Shown one piece after another: positions 35,001 through 46,530 of a DNA stretch of 64,000 nucleotides. Both the position numbers and the translations under genes were made by a program. Source of the stretch: Camelus dromedarius (lineage: Eukaryota); the NCBI RefSeq assembly GCF_036321535.1, contig NC_087436.1, positions 116,872,001 through 116,936,000 of the forward strand, written 5' to 3'. Position 1 is the stretch's first letter, and each line of letters opens with the position of its first letter. The notes below the pieces were generated by a model. The model did not search any database. It saw only the letters and a program-made list of their open reading frames with translations, and was not told where the DNA came from.

Positions 35001-36599
35001 ATAATGTTTTATAATGTATTCCTTTTATTTAAGGGAAAAGATCTCATTCACAATAACAATAAAAACTATAGTTTGCACAATCAATTGTAGCCGTAGAGAA
35101 AGAAGGAAAGAGTAGAATTTTAAAACCTAACAATATTGCCAAGTGCCCATTCAGTGTTTTAAAACTCAGTCAAATTCCTATACGTCAGCAATAGAAGGAG
35201 CTCTACCCAGCAGTCTGAGAGAAGTCCTGACTGATGTAACACGAGATTCAATATTAAAATCGGAGTCCTTGTATTTTCTATGTAGGCAATAGATTAGAGC
35301 TTCAAAAAAAGAAATACAGAAAGAGACAAGAAAGTTCCTTGGAGTTTCCCCCTTCCATGTAAAGCATAATTTTTGCCTTAGTTTTTTTGGAAGATAGATT
35401 TTTATCAGCTTAAGGCAATTCCCTTCTATCCATAAGTCACTTAGATTTTTTCTATAACTAAATTTACATAACATGTTTGAGTTACTTTTTTCTTTAAAAA
35501 TCCTAATGTGTATTATTACTTGAATACATTTTTCTTATGTTAAATCCTCCAGTATTCCTGGAGTAAATCTGATCTATTTATATGTGTGCACTGCTGTGTT
35601 TACAGATCTCATGGTAGAATCTTTACGTAAGCGGTAACAATTCCCTCTTCAGTACTGTCCTTATGCCACTTTTACTATCAGCAAATGGGTTGGGTCACTT
35701 TCTCTATTTCTCTATTTGATGCAAATTGTTTCAGAGACTAGAGAGCAGTTTGTTCTGAAAATGTTACACCGTCTCACCAGTAAAAACACCTTGGACAAGC
35801 ATCTTTGGCAGAGAAGGAGAAACGTGGGTGGGCAGGAGAAGGTTGGACAGACTCAACACTGACTTGGCTTCTATGATGATTATACACTTTCTCGGGTTTC
35901 CCATTTCTAAGTCATTGTGCCACTCCTTTCTGTTTAATGCTGCATCCCAAGAAAAATATAAACAGTCGTCTCGTCTTTGTGATGTTTACATGCAACTAGG
36001 ATGGTGCATCTTGTTTTATGGGACACACAAATCCACGTGCCACTGTGTGCAGAAACTGCATCCCCTGTTTACTGAATGAACAGAGGTTGTAAAGTCAATC
36101 ACTTGAGAAGGTGTGCATTAAATTGTTCTAAAAATAAGATTTCTTTCAGGTCTTGAATGGAGCCATAAAACCTCGAAAAGCAAGGTTTTCCTCATCCCAA
36201 CCATGTTTGAAGACATGCCTTAATACGAGCCAAGAACAGAGCTAGAAAGTAAATGGCGCTGGTCAGAGAATAAACCTTCACCGAGTTGTAGAGGACGGTC
36301 ACCGTGCCGCTACTGTTAAAGCTTTCACGTCTTCAGGTGTTTCTCTGGGTCCCGGGGCCTAACATTATCTGGGCTCCACCCACGGGCAGCACTGACTCGC
36401 CTCATCTAGACTGCATCAGGCACATGCGCACCTTCGGGGGACCGAGGGTCCCAGACAGAAAGCCCACCGTACGAAGCGTTGTCTGATAGCAACACCAAGC
36501 CCCTCCTAGTCGGCATCATCTGATAACAAACTCGAATTTGTAGTGGTTTAAATTCAGCACAGATCTCTGACTCCTCGTGTGAAGTCCCCTGCAGGCTGG

Positions 36600-37020
36600 A
36601 CAGCATTCCTGCTAACCTTACCTTGGGGGCCGCGTGTTTCAGAGGGCAGAGTACAAAGCAGAGGAGAGAGGGGTGAAGGAGGAGAGAGGGCTGGCTCTGA
36701 ATTGCTTCAGCTAGGAGGTGGCACATGCCATGTCCTCAGTAGACCATTGGCTGAAATTAGTTCAACAGCTTCAACTGACTGCAAGGGAGATCAGGAAATG
36801 TAGGGGAGCACATGGAATACTTGGTAAGGAGCAACTTGCCACAATAACTGTGTGACTTTCAGCAAGTAACTCAACCTCTCTGTGCCTCAGTGCCTATAGT
36901 ATTAGCCCCGATTTTACAGCCAAAACTGACATATTGTTAATCTTGCAAGATTATTATGAGAATTCAGGCACCCAGCGTGGTGTCTCAGCTATAAGTGTTT
37001 AATTCAGTAACTATTTATTT
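36600..37020. mobile_element. MLT1 fragment (-, ~36600-36845) adjacent to a MIR (+, ~36845-37020)
   Basis: MLT1: CCATTGGCTGAAATTAGTTCA...CTGCAAGGGAGATCAGGAAATGTAG. MIR: CTGTGTGACTTTCAGCAAGTAACTCAACCTCTCTGTGCCTCAGT. Confidence 0.65.
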
Positions 37021-37109
37021 ACTAATTATTAACCATCTTTCCTTGGGCAGACACACATGATCATGACATCACAGTGACTATCATAGCAAGACCCTTGCCC
37101 TCACATTGC

Positions 37110-37270
37110 CAGTAACTTCCTACTCAAACTGTGGTCCTTGGACCAGTAGCATCTGCACCACCTGACATCTTGTAAGGGCTACGGAATCTCTGGTACCATC
37201 CTTGACTTCCTGAATCAGAATCTGCAGGTCCCTGGGTGACTTGTGCAGATGACAGTTTGAGAAGCACTGG
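37110..37270. mobile_element. MER5A-like hAT-Charlie element
   Basis: CTACTCAAACTGTGGTCCTTGGACCAGTAGCATCTGCACCACCTG...CTGAATCAGAATCTGCA...AGTTTGAGAAGCACTG. Confidence 0.75.
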
Positions 37271-39012
37271 CCGAGAACTCGGCTCCTTTATTTCTCCCCT
37301 CATCTGGCTAATTCTTTGTTTCCTTTTCCAAGAACACCTGCTCGGACACTCTCATCAGCCCCACCCCATCTCGAGGTTAGGGATTAGGCGTTGCCATGGC
37401 ATTGCTAGTGCTCCTAGAGAATGAAAGGGGAAAAGTACTCACAGTCCAGCAGGGGAGAGGCACACTCTGTGTTATCAGAGAAAGCAGCATATGCAGGGCC
37501 ATGGGCTATAATTAATGTTAATATGAACCAGGGGTGACGGGCAGGGAGGGGCCAGCAGGATGGAAGACTGCGGGAATTAAAGGAGAGTCTCCTTAGGCTG
37601 GACACGCTGGGCCCTGAGTCACACAGAGAAACCCAGGTTGCAAAGCAGTGACCCAAGATGCTGCTGTGGCCCGATGGGTGAAGGGCTTGCTCTGGACTCC
37701 CCTCCTGAAAGCTGGCCGGGCCACCTGCCCACCGCACTGTCCTTCTATGGCTGGTTTACAGGGCAGCTGGGACTGAGGGCCTCGTGCAGAGTGAGCTTGT
37801 GATTTAAATTCTCTAGTTTGGTTTTCTGTGCGTACGAATCACAAAGGATCTCGCTAAAATACGGATTCTGATTCAGTGTGTCTAACGAGGCAGGTGCTGC
37901 TGTCGCAGGGACCACGCTCAGAGATCCTAAAGTTCTCTTTAATGAAAACAGAATGAAGCACAGCATTCGGGTAAAGCAGTTTAGAGTCTTGCTACTCAGA
38001 CCTTCTTACTGATTCTGTGAACTGAGACAGAAAGCAATTGTCTGCCTAACTTTGCAGTTTTCCCATTTTGAGCCCAATAGACTCAGCCATAAATTCCTGA
38101 ATTTTGTCTCAGAAAGCTAAAGGACAAATAGGGAACTTGACTGTGGAGTAGCCAGCCCCCTGGCATCTCAGCAACTCAGGCAAGGCTGATCCAAAGGTAC
38201 CTGCACCTCACTCCTCCAAAGCCCTCCCCTCCACTGTCATCCTTGAGGATTTTGGTCCTGGAGGCTCCTAATAAGGCAATTTGAAGCATGGACGGGTATC
38301 ACCTAGGGAGTTTGAATAACACTTTATAAGGAACTCCTGGGACCAGCCATTGTGTGGGTGGGCTGTTCCTGGACGGGCCCAGGCTCATCCACCGCTTTTA
38401 AAAACCACGAGGGAGCCTGGCAGATGCTTTGGGGCCAAGCAGAGGCACTAAAGTAGACATCCCCCACCTCAGAACCGCCCTCCTTGTCACTGTGGCTGTT
38501 GGTTTTGATCTGTCTCCAAACTTTTTTGAAGAAGAAAAGCAATTCGACCCCTTGAAAAACTAGTTTAGCCTTTACCCTTTGTTTTAGAAATCAGAAACCA
38601 GGCATTTCTTCCAGTTTCAATATCATACCTAAAAGCCCCTGTATTTCTTCCAGGATCCACAGCGTTCGAACCCCTGTCCTTTAAAGGGATGCCTATTTAG
38701 AGGGAAAAGAGGCTGCTTCTTTCCAGTCTTTCTTCACTTGGGTAGAATTTTTACTAAGAAATCCAAATTGTGGTTTGGAACTCAGAGGTTTCTCAAATAA
38801 AACAAGAGAAGACCCCTGTCGGCAGCTATATTTGCTGGGCATTCACACAAGTGTTCTCTAAAACTGAAAGTCATCTGTCCGTTCCAATGCAATTAAACCT
38901 GAGATTTGAAGGAAAGCTACGAAATAATAAAAAGCTTAGCCATAGTAAATATTTTAATGGGACATGTATTTTTAAGAGTAACTGGTTTCTAGTCAAGGGA
39001 GGAGCAGGGGTA

Positions 39013-39344
39013 TGATCGCAGGGGCAACAGCCGTGGTCACAAAAAGGAAAGTTGCTTTTAATCAGAATGCCTGCAATCTAGTGGACCCAATGTCCCCCCC
39101 CTACAAAGTAAACAATCTCCAAAGATTCTGTTCAGCCATGAAAGGTTTAAAGGGAAATGGGGGTATAATCTCAGTTACTCGTTGAGGTAGGCGGTCAGAG
39201 TTGTCGCCATTCCCCAAAGCCGGCGGGCTTGTCCTCATCAACTGCTTGAGCCTGCTCTTCTCAGACTCAGGGAGGCCTGCAGACATCAGCTTTTCTATAA
39301 ACAAGAGGTGGGGGTGGTGGGGCCCAGGGTCCTGCTCAGTATCA
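39013..39344 (-). mobile_element. ERV1-type LTR (cetartiodactyl type)
   Basis: Minus strand starts TGATACTGAGCAGGACCC. TATA-like and ATTAAA signals in the expected order (plus strand TTTAAAG at ~39146, TTTAAT at ~39057). Confidence 0.6.
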
Positions 39345-40176
39345 GGACCAGCGAAAGAGAACCCGGAGGTTCTGATCCCTCTTGTCCTTACTCCTTCTTC
39401 CAAACTGCATAAGTCATTCCTTCTCCACAGGGAGGAGTGAGTGGGGGGTGGGCAGGAGGAAGACTGTCTCTGAGCACTATGCCCGTCGAAGACCCCTCCT
39501 GGCAATGCGAGGTTTCCCACTGTGCTGGGAATGTGACTTTTGCCCCTCCACCACCCTGCTTTGTGCCCAGAGAGGCTGAACTCTCTGGACATAAATAACT
39601 GGGCTTCCTTTGACATAGGAAAAAATGGGGCACAAGAGGAAGGCCGTGTCCCAGGTCTTGGGGGAGTCCCTGGGATGCGCCCCACCAAGTGATGGTCCTT
39701 GGCTTCCCTCAGGAAAGAATTCGAGGGCAAGCCATAGCTGAGTAAAAGGAGATTTACTCAGAGGAGATGCACGCTCCATAGACAGAGTGCGGGCCGTCTC
39801 AGAAGGCCGGAGAGAGCGACCACGAGGTGTGGGGTTGTTAGTTTTTCATGGGCTTGGTCATTTCATATGCTAATAAGTAGGAGGATTATTCCAACTACTT
39901 TGGGGAAGGGGTGAGGATTCCCAGGAATTGGGCCACTGCCTTCTCTCTGACCTTTCATAGTCAGCCTGGGAACTGTCGTGGCGCCTGTGGGAGGGCCACT
40001 TCGCAGCTAATGTATTATAATGAGTGAATAATGAAGCTCAAGGTCTACTGGGAGTCAAATCTCCCGCCATATTGGGCCTCAAGGTCTATTGGGTGTTGAA
40101 CTCTCTGCCATCTTGGTGCTAACTGTTGTGTCATTCCTTAAACGGTCGTGCCCTGCCCCCTTCCTTCCTGTCTCAC
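39345..40176 (-). mobile_element. ERV1-type LTR (MER4/MER41-group-like), possibly composite
   Basis: Minus strand starts TGAGACAGGAAGG. Group-typical motifs CAGGAAAGAATTCGAGGGCAAG, CACGCTCCATAGACAGAG, CATATGCTAAT. Internal 41-bp tandem duplication. Confidence 0.7.
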
Positions 40177-40324
40177 CTTACCCTCTGGCTCCCACTGGGT
40201 TGCAGGATAAAGAGGTCAGGGTATGTGTGTTCCTCTAGCTCCTTCATTGCCAAGTCCCCTTTTAGACATGGTTCTCTGCCTAAGGCCACAGCCAAGGGCA
40301 GAACTGGTTTTGCAGCGTAGAAGT

Positions 40325-40816
40325 TGTGAATGAGAAATATTGCCACCGTATCAGGAAACAAAGGACATTGCAGACAGCAGTCACCAGCCACTACCGCAGC
40401 CCCCAACGGTGAGTTGGGGAGAACTCAGGACGGAGACAAGCAGGCCGCCTGCTGCCAAGCACTCGGCCACTGCAGCCACTCCCAACGGCGGCCCCAGAGG
40501 GGACTCGGGATGGGAAAGAACAGGACACCGGCCCCAGAGAGCTGAGGTGCACATCAAAGGGACGATTTCAGTGAGCCCAGAGCTCTTCCATCTTCCCTTC
40601 CACAGAAGAGCACTAAATTCCTTAACCTGAGACATCTCGTTTTGTTTAATTAGCAGTAACCTTTCGATGTTCCAACTACCTGGTCTTTGTTGCAAAAACT
40701 CCTGTAGATCCCGCTCCCCCCTTCCCCCTTCGGAGCAGTCCCTCGGAGCTGCCTGAGAGGCCGCCTCTCCGGCTTGAAGTCCTCAGAAAACCTGCTGAAT
40801 AAAACATAATTCTCCA
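40325..40816 (+). mobile_element. ERV1-type LTR, 3'-truncated (cetartiodactyl type)
   Basis: Starts TGTGAA. U3 direct repeats ending CCCAACGG, GAGCACTAAATTCCTTAAC, and CTGAATAAAACATAATTCTC with AATAAA at 40798. Confidence 0.75.
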
Positions 40817-41774
40817 CGAGTGGCCTGGCTGATGTAAAGGACAGCCCACCGTCACCTCTCTCAGAGAGCCCCAGTCCTCTTCCCCGCCCCCCACCTCCTC
40901 TGGTCCCAGAGGAGGAACTCAGGAAGCATGCTCCAGACACGAGGTCTGCATCGCCCCCCACTACGGAGTTCTAATTCATGGGGGTTCAGGTGAGCTAACC
41001 AGGGACCCAGGGCCATGCAGCCGAGTATCCTCTTGAAGGTTTTCATTTCAAACCTCTGTGCCTTGTCAACTGGATGAGTCAGTCTCATGACCTGGGCTCA
41101 TTAGTGAGACGGCATTAGTGAGACGGCATTTGTGCCCGCACGGAACTGACTCGGAGGCAATCACACCTCCCTTTTCGTTCTCCCACTGTGGCGGGTTTCT
41201 TCCCAGCTCCGGTACCAAGAGCTGTAAGACTTTTACCAAGTCCCTCCCTCGTTCTTGCTCTGCCACGAGTCCTCTGTGACATGAGGGGTGGGATACATTT
41301 GTCTCCGAGATCCTCGACACAGTTTAACTTTTTTTCTGGCCTATTTTTGCATTTCGTCATTCCATTAGCTTGTATTTTCCAAATGTGGCTCCAGAGCATG
41401 ATCTGGGGTCCATTTGTCAACTCTCTTGGTATCGTGTTTGAGTTCTTGTTTAAATTTACAGGGAAAAGTGAATTTGGAAGCACTCAGGTATTTCATAATT
41501 ATTATTCTTAGAGCACGAAAAGCAATGTTAAATAAAACCACTCTTCGCGTCAGTCATTCTGATGGCTCACTAGACATTTCCAGCACGTTACATTAAAAGT
41601 GGTTGTTACTTTTCACTTTTCTTCCCTATCCAGGCCTAGACGCACACTGTGAATCTCCGGCCACACGAGGACTGAGCACTGAGCCACGGCCTGGACCAGG
41701 CGTGATGGGCAGTGGGCAGAGGGCCTCTGCAGGAGGGGCCGAGGCTGCTGACAAATTGTGATGGCAGAAGCTGG

Positions 41775-42175
41775 TGATTCATTTAGTCATTCAACAAACA
41801 GTTTTCCTCCAATGTTTCCCCAAAGATGATTCCTTTGCTATCATTTTTTTTTTTTTTTGAGAGTCCTTAGGGGCAGATACTGATGTACACACCTGTGCAA
41901 GGCTCAAGAGAAGGCAGTGTGAGAATGCACCGCCAGGGAAGCTGCAGAAAGGGGACCGGCCAAAGGACATGGAGAAAGAGAAGCCACCTCTTCATATCTC
42001 TGTTTGAGTGGAGGGATGTGGAAACAGTTTTCCTCAGAAATGAGCAGGAAGGGCTGAGATGTTTCCAAGGATGGGCACAAATTTTAACAAAGGGTAGTTT
42101 GTAGAGAACATTCCAGGCCGAAGGAACAGCACGGAAAATGCCCCGTGGTGGGAAAGTGATTATATGTTTGACAAA
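41775..42175 (-). mobile_element. L2 3' fragments
   Basis: ATTCATTTAGTCATTCAACAAACA terminus and GAACATTCCAGGCCGAAGGAACAGCA. Confidence 0.55.
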
Positions 42176-43342
42176 CAGGCTCTGTAGGGTGGATTTATTC
42201 TGTCAACAAGGACTTTCTGTGGCTCAACGTTGTCTTAAGCACGTGTGTTTATTTCCAGATCTTCGCGACGGATCATTTGAGATGAGAATGCCTGATGCAA
42301 TAAAGACACTGATGCTGAAGTCTGCCTCACACTAGCGGCCGGCTCGGCTGCCGGGAAGCAATGGAAATCCTCTCCGGAGTCGTCCAGCACTCGATGCAGC
42401 TTCACTGCCATGTGGCTGGACAGATGGTAACATTCCGTAGAGAAATCTCCTTCCTTCGCTGGTAGAACACAAGATATTTTTCCTTGCCGTTCTCTCCAGA
42501 TGAAAATGCATATTGGGGGAAATATAGCTCAAAACCAAAACCAAATAGTTAGGCTCTTAGAGAAAGTTGTCAGGAGATAGAGTTCAGTTAGGGTGGTCTA
42601 ACCTCCAGGCTTTGCTTCTCAGGTGCCCCTGTGAGCCACGGACTCCAGAGCACGTGTGAGCATGAGGAGAAAGAGGAGTTTGAGAAAGTGGGCTCGGTAC
42701 ACGAACGCCATTATTTTAATTTTATGGGTCACAATCTGCATCGGGTGAAAGATGGAGGAATTAAGAATTCACCTTAACAAGAACCTGCATGTCCTGTAAG
42801 TCTGTCTGAAAGCCCTTTTTATTTACCCGAGTCCCAATCTTCTAAAGACAGTGAATCCCAGGGAAATTCCTCTGTGAGCTGGGCAGGGCAACAACTGCGA
42901 AGTTGGAAATGGGAGCCAATGGGACACAAACTGCTTTACATAGAAAGGGCTCTGGTGAGACCCAGGGAAGGTGGGAGGATTGGAGGAGGGGAGGCGGGGA
43001 GGGCTTGATGTGAAGGAAGAGAGAGGGTGGCTGATATTGGGAGAGAATTTGAAGAGAAGGAAGAGAAAGACTTAAAAAGGTGTTTGTGTGAAGACCGTCT
43101 TGTTACTTAGACTGTAAACATCTTTCCTCTTTGAAACAAAAACATCTGGTAAAACATCAGTTCTTTCTCAAGCAGTCTGGAGTTGAGGTAGTCCCTGCAA
43201 GGCAATGAAGTACTGAGTTTTGCTTTAAAGAAGCAGTAAGGCCAAAAGAGGCTTCTCATAAGGACAAGAAATTATTTTTCACCCTCCCATCATGGGCTGA
43301 ATTACCAGCTGGTCTCAGTTGGGATAAAGAATCATCCTGGAT

Positions 43343-43814
43343 AAAGAAGCTCTGGTATATTTATACAACGGAATACTCCTCAGCCATAAAAAGAATAAAA
43401 TAACGCCATTTGCAGCAACATGGATGAACCTGGAGATCATCATTCTAAGTGAAGTAAGTCAGACAGGGAAATAAACATACCATATGGTATCACTTATATG
43501 TGGCATCAAAACAAAAGGGTACAAATGAACTTATTTACAAAACAGAAACAGACTCACAGACAGAAAACAAACTTATGGTTATCAGGAGGGAAGGGGGGTG
43601 GGAAGGGATAAGCTGGGAGTTCAAGATTTGCGCACTAACTTCCATACATAAAATAGATCAATAATTTTCTCCTGCAGAGCACAGGAAACTGTATTCTCCA
43701 TCTTGCAGTAATCTATACTGAAAAGGCACATATGTATGTATAACTGGAACTGTGTGCTTTATGACAGAAGTCGACGCAACATTGTAAACTGACTATACCT
43801 CAATTAAAAAAAAA
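43343..43814 (+). mobile_element. 5'-truncated lineage-specific L1 with a 13-bp target-site duplication
   Basis: ORF2 end plus 3' UTR (CCATTTGCAGCAACATGGATGAACCTGGAG...TGTAAACTGACTATACCTCAATTAAAAAAAAAA). TSD AATCATCCTGGAT at 43330-43342 and 43815-43827. Confidence 0.9.
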
Positions 43815-44049
43815 ATCATCCTGGATTCTAAACTAAAGAAGTCTCAGACTCAGGTAAGATGTGCTGGCGGGGCTGCCTGTGCTTCTGCAGACGCACGGAT
43901 CAGATTCAGTGACCTTTCACGCGTGACTGGTGCCTGGAGTGAACAACAAGGAAAACTGTCACTCCACCCTCTTCCTCACCACCCTCGTCAGGACATCCAG
44001 GCGAATGCAAGCAACACCCGCCCCCAGTTCCTCCCGCAGAACGTTACAT

Positions 44050-44672
44050 TTGCAGTTAGTTTGGTTTTCATTAAAAATTAATGTAGTTCAATTATATTTT
44101 TAGATTAAGTGTTTTCCTTCATTCAAACAACTTAAATTTTTTATTTATACTTTTTTAAAAATTTCCATTTACTTTTATAATGGATATTTATAAACTTTAT
44201 TGGAAAATATGTGAACGTTCTTTTTATTTTTTACATTGATTTTAATATGTTTCGGTCATTTCAGTCAACAGAATACAAAGTATGTGAAAATCATGATTAT
44301 AAAAGCATGACTAATGACTTCACTGAGTTGAAAGTGAGCTAAATAGAGAGTTTGAAATGCTAATTAATTTATAAGTCATGTCTATGTTTATTTCATTACG
44401 CATCTAAACACTGCCAGCCCGTCGGCAGAAATGTAGACGTGCATAGTTAAATTTGGTCATCTTTGGTATTTTGCTGGCATTCAGTCATATAAAGCCATGA
44501 CTTTTCACAGATTTTAAATTCTCTTATCATGAAGTTATACTTGTCAGGTAGGAGGAGAGACCACATCGAGTTAACACATGATTGAGAAAATACCTTTTAA
44601 ATACTTGCACATGTGTATCTGAGCCTTCATTTGGCTTTTGTACAGGGACTTGCTAAAACTGGGGCAGTCCTG
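44050..44672 (-). mobile_element. MER45-family hAT-Tip100 element
   Basis: Terminus GCCTTCATTTGGCTTTTGTACAGGGACTTGCTAAAACTGGGGCAGTCCTG resembles the reverse of the recalled MER45 end. AT-rich internal region. Confidence 0.5.
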
Positions 44673-44932
44673 TTCCCCCGAATCTGACCCGGGGCCTCCT
44701 GGGCTGTAGTGGAAATGTCAGCCCACATGGGGCCCACGCAGTGGTCAAGTTCTCTGACTAATGATTAGTTTGCTTGAACTGTAATCCCTGTTGAAGTGCT
44801 TTTGCGTCTATTCAACTTATTGCTCATTTGTAGTTGGTAAAACAAAAGTGAAAACACTCAGGCATTTAAAGGATTAAGGACAAAATTCACATCAGGTCCT
44901 TGACAATTACACGTCTGTGTGTGTTTGTGCAA

Positions 44933-45920
44933 GCGTTAGTTTCCCGGGGCCGCCATCACAAAGCGCCACAAACTGGGTGAGTGGCTGAGAACAACAGACA
45001 TACATTCTCTCACCGCGCTGGAAGCTAAAAATCCAAAATCAGGATGTCAGCAGGGCCATTCTCTCTCCAGTCTCCAGAGAAGAATCCTTCCTGCCTCTTC
45101 TTGCTTCTGGTAGTTGCCAGAAATCTCTGGGGTTCCTTGGCTTGTAGATTCAGGGCTGTGGAGGCAGCTGGCACTCCCTGGAGTCATAAAACCCCCACGC
45201 CTGGGCTCTCAGTGTGCCTGCAGCCCCACAACTTAACCCCCACTCCCCACTGCAGGCCCACCCCTCATCCTGCATTTCTGCAGGATAAAAAAACATCTCT
45301 TGATGTGTGTTTACCCTAACAAAACCCATCACCCCAGGAAACAGCTCATCTCACAATACCCTGGGTGCCAGGTCTCACATCCTGCCCTTATCAAAGTCGT
45401 AAATTCTATTATTCAGAGAAGTCCCTGACAGGTCTTACAACCAACCTGGTACCTGCGCCCAGACTGACCATGGAGACCCCTACTCCTTGTGTTCACGGAC
45501 CCCTTACCCCCCAGTAAAAGACCCTGCATGCCCCCCTTGGTGCTCGTGCAGGCGCCTCTCGCCTGTGTAGCCCGCTGTTGTCTGTAGAAGCATATCTATT
45601 AAACCTGCCCTCTGTTCTTAAATCCTCATGGTCTTTGGTTCTTGGTTAATTCTTTTACCACCATGCACACTGGCCCATGACCACCGCGTTGTGCCCCACA
45701 ACAATGACTACAATCTGTGCTTCAGTCTTCATTTGGCATGTGTGTCTGAGTCTGTGTCTAAATGTCCCCTCTTCTCTTAAGGACATCAGCTGTAAGGGAT
45801 TCGGGGCTCACCCTAATCTAGCATGGTGCAACGTAATTTGATTGCATCTGCAGAGACCCAATTTCCAAATACGTTCTCATTGAACGTATCTTCTGGGGGG
45901 ACAAAATTCAACCCACCAGG
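44933..45920 (-). mobile_element. MLT1B/C-like MaLR LTR split by an inserted LTR
   Basis: TTAGTTTCCCGGGGCCGCCATCACAAAGCGCCACAAACTGGG...TTCCTTGGCTTGTAGAT | ...ACTACAATCTGTGCTTC...CATCTGCAGAGACCC...AATTCAACCCACCA. Confidence 0.8.
45157..45700 (+). mobile_element. Solo ERV LTR nested in the MLT1
   Basis: TGTGG...CCACA inverted termini, TATA-like GTAAAAG at ~45514, poly(A) signal ATTAAA at 45598. Confidence 0.7.
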
Positions 45921-46241
45921 CACGTGTGCACAGCATGTGTGTAGTTTCCCTGGTGTCTATTCCTGACACTGTTAGTCTGCCTTTAAAAGACACGCGCAGT
46001 GTGCGTTCCCGTGCCTCAGTGTGGCACCCCCACCCCGGCCTTCTGCCCCGGGCGTCTTGCTGCAGCTTTGTGTGAACAGTGTCAAGAGCTACATTTTAAT
46101 TTCTTGCTCAGCAGCATTTGAAAATTAATCATTCCAGTTTTCTTAAAAACCTTCCTTTTCCTTAGCTTTTCCAAGTCAGTTTTTTTTTCCTCTTCTTCCT
46201 AATTTTCATTTTCGCTTTCCAAGCTCTCCGTCAAGTGTCTC

Positions 46242-46530
46242 TGTCGGGGTCTCCAAGAGCACCCTCAGGCTCAGTGACACACTAGAGGAACTCACAGGGG
46301 GCAGTATGCATTTGCAATCATGGTCAAGAAGTGTTACAGTGAAGAGGTTCAAAATGAAATCAGCAAAAGGAACAGGCACATGGGGTGAAGTCCAGAGGAC
46401 ACCAGGCGGGAGCCCCCACCCATCTGCTCACAGCAGAGTCACATGGGACACGCTCAGTGCTTAGAGCAACAAGTCGTGACCACACACGTGAAGTGCCGTC
46501 TACCAGGGAAGCTCACACTGACTCAGAAAC
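46242..46530 (-). mobile_element. MER21C-like ERVL LTR fragment
   Basis: TGTCGGGGTCTCCAAGAGCACCCTCAGGCTCAGTGA...TTACAGTGAAG...AAATCAGCAAAAGG...CTACCAGGGAAGCTCAC. Confidence 0.7.

Larger units (their letters stand above)
33900..35900. mobile_element. Fragmented old L1M(E) pieces in mixed orientation, hosting the SINE
   Basis: Minus-strand L1 motifs (GGCTGTTGGCTATTCCCTATGCATTTTA, AAGGCAATTCCCTTCTATCC, GTATTCCTGGAGTAAATC) and plus-strand pieces (ATCTCATTCACAATAACAAT, AAGTCACTTAG region). Confidence 0.5.

Noticed and set aside
39101..39730. 209-aa minus-strand ORF
   Set aside because: Runs across LTR sequence with no gag, pol or env motifs.
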